Shown here piece after piece: positions 10,312 to 19,668 of a stretch of DNA of 19,668 bases. The notes under the pieces are model-generated. The model was not told the DNA's origin. It did not search any database and saw only the letters and a program-made list of their open reading frames with translations. A program made the position numbers and the translations under genes. The DNA comes from Geosiphon pyriformis uo1 (lineage: Eukaryota; Fungi; Glomeromycota): positions 1-19,668 of the forward strand of contig JAAOMT010000152.1 in assembly GCA_016748015.1 (NCBI GenBank), read 5' to 3'. The first letter of the stretch is position 1; the number at the start of each line of letters is the position of its first letter.

Positions 10312-10915
10312 CAATCATTACAATATTCAAAGTCACTGGGAATTAAACAATGGTGACACAGTCTTGTATTTAATTGTGCTAGCCATTGTTTTTGCTCTTC
10401 TCTAGTGGGTGCCAAGTTTTGGTAATGTTTATGAAACTCTTCTGGTTCCAGAAAATTTATGACTGGCTCTGCGTCTCAGTCAAGCTTGCTAGGTTCTGGT
10501 GGGTTGTTTTTAATTGTCCTGATTTCTTCTGGTAATGCACCTTCAATTTTGGCGATTGCCATCCACCATAATTCATTGTCATCATGTGAACAACTGTCCA
10601 ATCGCTGTACAGCTCTTCTCCAGGCAGTTTCTATGGGTGTTTCTTTCTCAATCCAGTCACTGATGAAGATTGTGTATTGGCAGAACATGTCGCACATTCC
10701 TTCTCTTCCTGGAATGTTGTTCTGTATTTCTTTGTCGAGGAGAGTTTCTCCACAGGCTATACATGGTGTATTATCCCATTTTCCCACTCATTTTGGTTTT
10801 CTAAAACGTTTGACATGGCATGCACGGCAATAGAACTTGGTTGCTGTCTGATATTCTTCATCGTCGCCACAGCATGAACTCATTGATGACAATTTTTTGC
10901 CACAATTAATGCACA
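10312..10915 (-). pseudogene. Cys-rich region with three putative zinc-binding modules between protease and dUTPase
   Basis: CINC...YCRAC; CIAC...CDMFC; CHHC-x8-CNDC. Homologous Cys residues are present in element C. Confidence 0.7.
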
Positions 10916-11269
10916 TCAGTTTGGGTTGGCGATAGGTCGATGATTGTTGTTGATCATAGGTGTATGGGATATAAGTGTTGTTGGCTTAAGTGTTTTCTTT
11001 CTCCCTCTCTTTCCCTTTTCTTTTTTCTTCTTTCCACTCCCAACTTGATGGTTCTTCCTGTTCGTTGTCAGTCCAAGTCAGATTGTCAGTTTCCCAGATA
11101 AGTTTGTTTGTTTGCTTCCCTTTCCCGTTGTCATCCCAAGAAAGTATTGGCAGCAGCTCATTGTGCTCTTCGTCAGTCCACAACACTTGGTAGGCTTTCC
11201 AGGTAGGTTTTGGTTTTTCTTCTTTGAAGTCAATTAGTGGTGCCATGGTGTTGGTAGCCTTGAAGTGAC

Positions 11270-11650
11270 CACACATGGCTGGTATTCGTGTGTGTCACCC
11301 GTTCTGGCTGAGTTAGAGCTCTTGTGTATTTTAGTCCAGAGTGGCATTTGTCTTGGACAGCCAGTCATTACCAACTAGAGCTTAGTATTGGGTGGCTTCC
11401 ATAATGAGTACTTTGATTGGTACTATGATGCCATTAATTTTGATTGGTAAGTCATTGATTTCACCAATTAGAGTCTTGGTTGCTTCATCAGCCATGATGA
11501 TTCTGGCGCTAGCAGCTTGATCAACTCGGCGACCTAATTGATCCATGAGTTGTCATGTGATGATGCTGTCTGCTAAACCACTGTCAAGAATTAGTTTGAT
11601 GTGATGGCCATCAATTTTCACATCAGTGTCCATGACAGTAATTGGCTTTT
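11270..11650 (-). pseudogene. pol: Retropepsin-type aspartic protease
   Basis: IKLILDSGLADSIIT with DSG at 11577-11585, and a downstream LVGNDWL (hhGxDhL) motif. Confidence 0.9.
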
Positions 11651-12263
11651 CTTCCAGTGTGGCTCTACTAAATAATGGCATGATTGACAGTTCCTCAAGT
11701 TTGAATGGAAAGATGGCATCCAGTGATTTGTTGTTGGTAACTGTTGTTGGTGGAATATTGCTGGTACATGTTTGTTGTTTTTGAATGGGTTTCTGATTGC
11801 TGGGTGAGGTGTCTTTTGGGGTAACTAGAAGACTTAAATAGTTCTGGGAATTCAGGTTTTGGGGATTTCTGGCACCCGAATTCCATTGACAAGATTCTGT
11901 TTTACTGAAGGAGCTGGGGATCGGCTGATGAACTACCATTAATGATCTCCAGTTTTGCTGTGTAATTCTCAGCCTTTGGACTCTGCTGGCCGGTAAGTTT
12001 TGTGGTGGAGTCTGAATTATTTGGGGTTGATAGATTGTTGGTGGTTGTGGTTAATACATTACCTGTGGCTATGGCTGATAAATTGGGGCTGTTAGTTGAT
12101 AAATAGGAGCTTAATATATTGGTGGCTGATAAATTGATTGTTGTATTATTGGCAGGTAAGTAGTTTGATATTGTGTTGAGTTTGATTGATGATTCGGGAT
12201 TGAGAACCAGTGATCAGGGTTTTGATATTGATTTCCTGATTGTTGGTTATTTAAATGCTGGTG

Positions 12264-13043
12264 ACAGTCAATTTGGATATGTCCTTGTTTACCACAATAA
12301 TGGCAGATACACATTTCCTGTTGCCACTGTTGATTGGTCAATGAAGATGGACGTGGTTGATTTTGGATACAATTAGAGTTTCCTTGATTATTGCATCATT
12401 GTAGAGACTGATAAATGGCATGATTGTTAGCTAAGTATTCTTCCAATCTCTTATTAATTGATTCACTGAACTTCTCCAATTTGGAATCCAATTCAGATGA
12501 TCCATTCATTACTAGATTAACGGCTTGGGCGTGGTTAGCTTCTGACTCAGTGGATTTAAAATCTCTGGCACGTGTGACTGTGTCCTAAAGGATGTCTGGA
12601 TGCAACAGATGTACATGTTGCAAGATGCTGCTGCACAGGCCACAGATAAACTGGTTGAGTATCTGTGGGGCTGTGAAATAGTTGGCATCAATTGCTTGAA
12701 TTTGGTGCAGGTTTTGATGGAAGCATTCCAGGTAAGTGGTGACTGCTTCAGTTTCTTTTTGTTTCATAGTAGTGAATGTATTGACTAGGCGATTGATGTT
12801 GTTATTGTTGCTAAAGTATCTTAGGAATTCCACTTTGAAGACATTAAAATCTTGTGGTTTATTAACCAAGCTCTGATACCATAAATCAGCAGTATCCTTG
12901 AGAAAGTAGAGAATGGCTTGCATTGCTTGGGCGTCATTCCATCCGTTGGCTGCGATGGCCTTTTCTATATCATTTAGCCATACTTGAGTGTCATTCTTTT
13001 CGCCAGTAAAGTTGTCAAGTTTTGCAATTGGTACATAGGCCAT
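12264..13043 (-). pseudogene. gag: Gag capsid-like domain and CCHC zinc knuckle
   Basis: MAYVPIAKLDNFTGEKND..WL..IEKAIAANGW; MKQKETEAVTTYL; CHYCGKQGHIQIDC at 12264-12305. Confidence 0.92.
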
Positions 13044-14058
13044 TGGATCTAAGTTGGGTGGTTGTGGTGGCTGTTAAAGTGGTTGTTGAAGAGGTAATGG
13101 TTGTTGGGGTGGTACTTAAAGTGGCTGTTATATGAGTTTGGCTATGGGATCAATTGGCAGTTGATTGATGATGATTACTAGAGGTAAGTTTTGCTGATTA
13201 ATTAATTCGGGGTTTGGATTGTTCTGCCTTTGATGATTCGGAGTTTTGATTTTCGAATTTTCTAATGTTGCTGTGTTTGAATGTTCGGGTCTTTTAGGAT
13301 CAGGTTTTGGTAATTAAATTCCTGATCCTTGTCTTTGTTTTCTTCTGATTCTGTAATTTTCCAGGGACTGACAGTTCCGAAGTCTGGCTGATGAAGCAGT
13401 GATCGAAATCCTGATGGTGTTGGTGATCTCGATTTAAATCCTTCAAAATAATCACTGTATGCTCCTAATAGTTTGTTTTTCTTTTGTTTACTCTGAAACG
13501 CGATTCTTGCTAACAGCATTCTTGTACTGGTGAACGCATCTGTTGATGCAATGTTGATGGTACTCCCGGGCATGTGATGGTATGATGGGTATATTAAAGA
13601 TTCAATTCTTTGTTTCTTTCAGTTAGGAATTTGTATTTCTTTGGGTGTTACTGCTGGTGTCTGTAGTTTTCCTTTGCCTTTGTCCTGGTAAGTAATAGGG
13701 AATGTTCTTTGTGTATATCTTTCAATTTCTTGGTTGATTTCTCTGATAATAGGTGCAAAGCTGTGATTTCTGGGTAAGTTGGTGTGTTGGATTAATTCCG
13801 AATAGAAATTTTCTCTTGCTGATGCAATGTCAACTGGTCTTCCTAGGAAATTTGTGATTATTTCATTGACATAGAAGTTGAAAGCTGATTCTGCTGGGTA
13901 ATGGTTGTTGTTTAGGCCTAGTTGCTGGCTGTACTGTTGAAATAAGGATTTTGCGAATCCTAGATGGTTTGTCCCTATTATTTCTGATTCTGCCACTTTT
14001 GGTTTGGTGTTGTCAGTGCTGGTTCTCTGTAAGATTATACCTCACAGGGAGCACCAAA
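13044..14058 (-). pseudogene. N-terminal gag extension (ORF1-like domain of unknown function) plus Q/P-rich linker
   Basis: AESEIIGTNHLGFAKSLFQQY...SAFNFYVNE...ARENFY; YFEGFKSRSPTPSGFR...PDFG. Conserved with element C, where it is in frame with gag. Confidence 0.75.
14040..14056 (-). promoter_or_regulatory. Primer-binding site, probably for elongator tRNA-Met
   Basis: TGGTGCTCCCTGTGAGG lies 2 nt after the LTR CA end. It is complementary to a tRNA 3' end ...GGAGCACCA, which resembles fungal elongator tRNA-Met as I recall it; the tRNA identity is an inference. Confidence 0.85.
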
Positions 14059-14896
14059 TGTTATAGGTAATTATTTCTGCTGTTGAATTAAATAACAAAC
14101 CTGTAACTTGATGCTCAAAAGCTATTTCCATGGATGAGGTTCTGCAAGAGTTGTATCTGAAGGTTTTGATGGAGTTCTTTGTATAATGGACAGAGATTCA
14201 ATAGTGTTGATAGTAGATGTATCTTTCCAAAAGTTTTCCCAATTTCTTTCTCAGCATGATGGCCAGATTTAGTCTGGCAGTCATGCCCTTCTGGTAAGTT
14301 ATTTGATAATATATAAAATCCTACTCTTATTTCTGGGTCTTTTACTAGGCTATCCTTGACATCAATAACTCAGTGCTTAATCTTTTAATCAATTAGTATA
14401 CAACAATAAAATCAAAAAAAGAAAGAAAATAAAATAAAGAAATAAAATTAAAGAAAATAGAAAAAATAAGCCAAGGCAATTTAGTATGTTAGTATCTTGT
14501 TAATAGCTGTGATCAAGAGCTATTGTTCTAGTATGGTTAAGTATTAATTACTATCAACATGAAGTGTTAATAGTAGAGAGTGAATTGAGATATGAAATAA
14601 TTATTTATTTGATAATTTTGTTTCTAGGCTAAGAATTCTGTAGTATTGATTCTGTCTTTCCATTTCTAATACTACTGCTATATATACATATTTGAGATTC
14701 CTCAATTCCTCGATTCTTCACGACAGGAATCCTGGAATTCTGGAATCCTGCGATTCCTCATTGGGGAATTCTGAAATTCCTGGAATCCTGCAATTCCTGA
14801 AAAGAATCCTGGAATTCCATATTTACTACGTCTACTTCTAATTGGCTAATATCTACTGACTAATAATACTATATTTTCTATATTCTATAAGTAACA
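14059..14896 (-). repeat. LTR-B, 5' LTR (838 bp)
   Basis: Termini TGTTAC...ATAACA on the minus strand. Followed by the PBS. TATA-like box near 14679-14687. Confidence 0.93.
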
Positions 14897-17800
14897 GTGT
14901 AAATGTGGTTCCAATTTGATGGCATCTTTTCCCAGATATCTCAGATCAAACCCTGCATTGGTATCATGTGTGCGTTCTGGCATAATACCTTTATTGTTGT
15001 CACTGAACCATCTGAGTTTCTGCTCCTTGGAGAGATTAGAAAGTGTGATGTACTGTTTGGAGTCTGAATCTGAATTTAAATTGCCATTGTTATTGCTGTT
15101 GTTATTTTGAACAGAGCTAAAACTGTTGTTGTCATCATTGTTGGGGTTTGAATTGGGATTAAAAATTGAATCTAATTCTGATGTGTAGCTGCTGATTGGT
15201 TCTTCCTCTTTTGGGATTGTGTAGATCTTGTATGGTGTTAAATTGTAGATGAGGTCACACTCATTACAATACTGAAAGTCACATAGAATCAAACAGTAGT
15301 CACATAATCAGGTGTTTATTTCTTTCAAGCACTGTTCTTGTTCTTTTTAAGTGGGTGCTAAATTTTGGTAGTGTTCATAGAATTCCTCTAAGCCTGTTTT
15401 AATATCTAAAAAGATGTTGAGAATAAGAACAACTTCAACTGGTTCAGAGGAATTGTTCTTTATTTCTAAGATTTCACTGTGTAAAGTGCCTTCTATCTTG
15501 GCATTGGCCATTTTCCAGATCTTGTTTTCATCATGTGAGTAACTGTTCAGGTGAAAGATTACTCGATGCCAGGCTGCAGTTATTGGGATTCCTCAACTTA
15601 CTTAGTCATTAATAAGAATTGTGTATTGACACGATGTGTTGCAGGTTTTTCCTCAACCAGGAATGTTGTTCCACATCCCTTTGTCAAGCAGTTGTTTGCC
15701 ACAAGCAAGACATGGTTTGTTGTCTCACTTGTCTTGGCATTTTGAGTAGCCGTAGCGTTTACAGTGGTATGGTTTGCAATAGTAATGGGTCTGCATCCAA
15801 TAGTTTTTATCAGACACAACCCAAGCTCCCATGGAGGACAATTTTTTCCTGCAGTCTTTGCATTGGAGTGGAATATAGGATGGTTCTGATCTGGTGTCAG
15901 TTGAATAGAAACTTCCCCTAGCCACTGGTAATTTTGTTGGTGATATTTTCTTATGGCTCATCTTCTTCTTTTCTTTTCTCTTTGTTGTCCCAAGACAGTA
16001 TTGGCAGTAATTTGTTGTAATCAATGTCAGTCCACAAAACTTAATAGGCTTTTCAGGTAGGTTTCTTTTCTTTTTTCTCAAATTCAATTAGTGGTGCAGT
16101 TGTAGTGGTCTTGAAGTGTCCACAGGTGACTGGTACTCTAGTATACTGCCTATTTTGGCTGAGCTGTAGCTCTTGGGTGTTCTAGTCAAGTATGGCATTG
16201 GTTTTAGACAGCCAGTCATTACTAATGAGAGCTTGATACTGGGTGGCTTCCATGACTAAAACCTTGATTGGTACAATAATACTATTGACTTTAATGGGAA
16301 AATTGTCAATTTCGCCAATTGGAGTTTTGGTGGCTCCATTAGCAGTAATAATTCTGGTACTGGCAGTGCAATTAACTTGGTGACCTAATTGGTTCATGAA
16401 TTGTCATGTAATAATGCTGTCTGCTAAACCACTGTCTAGAATCAGTTTGATGGCCTGTCCATTGATCTTGGCATCAGTGTACATAGCAGTGATAGGTTTT
16501 GTATCAAGGGCAGTTCTACTAAAGAGAGGAGTTTCAGTTGGTCTCTCGATTTTGAAAGAAAAAATGGCTGCTAACAATTCATCATTTGTGATGGTAACTG
16601 AAGGTATGTTGTTATTAATTGTTTGCCTTGGGGAGGTTTCCAGGTTGTTGTTGATCAAGGTATTTTCTAAGACAACCAGAAGACTTAAATAGTTCTGGGA
16701 ACTCTGATTTTGGTTGTACCCATTTTCCGAATTCTTAGAACGTAATCCTAAGACATGGTTGGATGAACTAGAGATTGGTTGATGTACAACCATTGCTGAT
16801 CTCCAGTTTTGCTAAACAATTTTCAGTCTTTGGTTTCCAGGTGACGTCTGGGTTGGATGGTGTGGTGGGGTTTGAATTTGTTGTGGCTGATATATCACTT
16901 GTGGCTGTGACTGGTAGATAATTAGTGCTGGGATTTGGTATATTGGTTGTTGTGCTATTTGAGTGTAGTATAGTTGATAGTGATTTTGATTTGAGTAGTG
17001 GTTTGGAGTTTGAAATCTGCAATCAGAGTTTCGATTTTGCTTCTCCGATCATGAATTATTGCTATAACCTTAGCAGCTAACTTTGATGTAACCTTGTTTA
17101 TCACAATTGTAGCAACTATGTATCTCTTGCTGCCACAGCTGATTGGATAATGATGATGAAAGACGCGACTAATTTTGAAAATGATTCATGTTTTCTGAAT
17201 TATTACATCATTGTGGAGGCTGATAAATTGCTCGATTGTTAGCTAAGTATCTTTCTAGTTTTTGATTAATTGAATCATTGAATTGTTTCAATTTGGAATT
17301 CAATTCAGATGATCTATTTATTACTAAATTTATGGCTTGAACATGGTTGGTTTCGAGTTCAGCTGTTTCAAAATCTCTGATGTTTGTAATGGTGGCTTGA
17401 AGATCTGCTGGGTGCATTGGATATACACATTGGAGAATGCTACTGTGTAAGCCTTGAATGAATTGATTTAGGATTTGTGGTACTGTGAAATAATCAGCTT
17501 GTATGGCCTGAATTTGGCACAGATTTCTGTGGAAGCATCCTAAGTAAGTAGTGACTGCTTCATTTTCTCCTTGCTTGATGGTGGTAAAAGTATTTGCCAA
17601 ATAATTGATGCTATTATTATTACTAAAGTATTGTAAAATGCAAGCTTGAATGCATTAAAATCTTGGGGTTTGTTGGCTAGGCTTTGATATTATAAATCGG
17701 TGGTATCTTGGAGAAAGTAAGAAATGGCTTGGAGGGCTTTCACATTATTCTATCCATTTGTTGTGATGGCTTTTTCAATGTTGTTGAGCCATATTTGGGT

Positions 17801-18805
17801 GTCGTCTTCTTTGCTGGTAAACTTTTCAAGTTTTGCTATTGGAGTGTAGACCATTGGATCCAAATTCAATTGTTGTGGTTGTGGTTGTTACAATAGCTGT
17901 TGAAGTGGTTGAAGCAGTGGTTAAATAGGTTGTTAAAGTGACTATGGTGGAATTGGTTCCAGTATTGGTACAATTGGTGGCTGATTGATAACAATTATTA
18001 AAGGTAAGTTTTCTTGATTAATTAATTTGGGATTTAGATTATTCAGAGTTTGCTGGGTTTGAATGTTCAGGGTTTTAATTTCTGGATTCTCTGTAATCAA
18101 ATTCTGGTAAGTAAATTTCTGATCTTTAGCTTCTTCTTCTTCCTTCTCTTCTGATTCTATTATTTCTCAGGGACTCATGTTTCCAAAATCTGGTTGAAGT
18201 GGTGGTAATCGGAAACCTAATGGTGTTGGCAATCATAATTTAAATCCTTCAAAATATTCGTTATATGGTCCTAGTAACTCTGTTTTTTTTTGTTTACTTT
18301 GGAATGAGAATCATCTAAAGATTGATGTTGTGTTTGATGTGGATGTGTCTACTGATGATATATTAATGGCACTTCTTAGTGTATAATGATATGATGGATT
18401 GGTTGGTGCTTTAACTCTGGTTTTCTTCCAAGTGGGTAGTTGTATCTTTTTGGGTGTTACCACTGGTGTTTGCAATCTTTCTTTGCCTTTGTCTGCGTAG
18501 GTGATAGGGAATTGTTGTTGGGTGTACCTTTCAATGGTTTAATTGATTTTCCTGATGATTGGTGTAAAACTGTGGTTTCTTGGTAAGCTGGTATGTTGAA
18601 ATAATTTTGTATAGAAATTTTCTCTTGTGAATTCAATGTTAACTGTTTCTCCTAAGCAGTCTGTGATTTTATTGTTGATGTAAAAGTTGAAGGCTGATTT
18701 CGCTGGGAAATAGTTGTTGTTTAATCTTAACTGTTGGCTGTACTGTTGAAACAAGGATTTGGCAAATCCTAAATGGTTTGCTCCTATGATTTCTGATTCT
18801 GCCAC
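14897..18805 (-). pseudogene. Decayed gag-pro-dUTPase (partial) polyprotein of element C
   Basis: Colinear with 9940-13996, but with stops and frameshifts at different positions. Confidence 0.88.
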
Positions 18806-19668
18806 TTTTAGATGATTGTTGTTGGTGCTGGTTCTCTGTAAGATTATACTTTACAAGAAGCACCAAATATTATAGATGATTATTTGGGGTCTCAAAGCAA
18901 ATAACAAACTCATAACTTGGTGCTTAATTGATAACGTTAGTAATGTCTAAAGGTGTTTCAATCGAAAGGTTTTGATTGGAGTTCTTTGTATAATGGACAG
19001 AGATGCCCGTGTTATTTTTTCTGTAGCTTTCTGGAATCACAATTCTGTCAATTTCTTTCTTAATGTGGTGGCCAGCAATTTTTTGAGAAGCAATCCATAA
19101 TTTTTATGCATTCTATCCATTCACAGAAGTTTTTTACCAGACAATCCTTGATGTTAATACTTAGCACTTTAATCTTCAATCAATTAGTATACCCAACAAA
19201 ATAAAAACAAAAAATAAAAGAGATAAAGAAAATAAAGACAAGAAGCCAAGGCAATACAAGTTAGTATCCTGTCAATAGCCATGATTAAGGGCTATTGTTC
19301 TCGTGTGTTTTAAGTATTAATTACTATCACTATTTAGGGTTGATAGCAAACAACTGAATTTGAAATACTAAATAAGTATATTTATTGATATTTTAGAATG
19401 TTATGGTTTCTAATTGGAGAATGGTAACTAAGAAATTTTTTTTTCTCTCTTCCTTTCTTTTGCCTCTAATGCTACTACTATATATATGTATTTTCTAGTT
19501 TTACAGAATTGCTTTGAATCATCTGTTTTTGCTAGCTATTACTTCATTTTTCTTATATTATAACTAATTAGTCTATATTATAACACATTATCTGATGTTA
19601 TTACACATTATTCTATGTTATCTCATGTTATAACACATTATTCTATGTTATAATACATTATCCTATGT
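16429..19668 (+). repeat. Direct repeat copy 2 (matches 1-3240)
   Basis: ccactgtctagaatcag restarts at 16429, and the window ends with the same ...tcctatgt as position 3240. Confidence 0.97.

Larger units (their letters stand above)
4811..14896 (-). mobile_element. Full-length decayed Ty3/Gypsy LTR retrotransposon carrying dUTPase (~10.1 kb)
   Basis: TG...CA LTRs at both ends, a PBS, a PPT, and domain order gag-PR-RT-RH-IN (Ty3/Gypsy order) with a GPF motif. Confidence 0.95.
14897..19668 (-). mobile_element. Ty3/Gypsy element C: partial LTR, PBS, gag, protease, zinc modules; truncated inside dUTPase by LTR-B
   Basis: LTR 18868-19668 (cut by window end), PBS 18849-18865, LILDSG, CKDC/CLAC/CDYC..CNEC modules, and AGFDLRYLGKDAIKLEPH ending abruptly at LTR-B. 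Confidence 0.9.

Noticed and set aside
5680-14058. Alternative genetic code or stop readthrough explaining the in-frame stops
   Set aside because: All three stop types occur, at different positions in the two homologous elements, alongside missense damage. This is mutational decay.
4806-14901. 4-bp target-site duplication GTGG/GTGT
   Set aside because: The match is imperfect, and the two flanks derive from different elements.
19-17896. Plus-strand ORFs in the track (e.g. 19-264, 4304-4573, 4896-5156, 10459-10833, 15619-15921)
   Set aside because: They are short antisense shadows of minus-strand TE sequence with no recognisable motifs.

Overview
An AT-rich eukaryotic window made entirely of decayed retrotransposons. 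It looks fungal; the peptides resemble repeat-derived hypothetical proteins I recall from Glomeromycotina/Mucoromycota such as Geosiphon, which I cannot verify here. No host genes are visible. Bases 1-3240 recur, apparently identically, at 16429-19668 (period 16,428 bp). One period contains four parts. (i) A full-length minus-strand Ty3/Gypsy element (4811-14896) whose ancestral single reading frame ran: unknown N-terminal domain, Gag/CCHC, DSG protease, three CxxC-pair zinc modules, a five-motif dUTPase, a dUTPase-like spacer, RT, RNase H, integrase, and a ~225-codon unknown C-terminal extension. (ii) A related element truncated inside its dUTPase (14897-19668, also 1-3329). (iii) A LINE-type RT fragment (3330-4561). 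(iv) A truncated plus-strand LTR (4562-4810). The main element has two different LTRs and no target-site duplication, so it is probably a chimera, which could also explain the 16.4-kb periodicity. All coding sequence carries many C>T/G>A-type stops.
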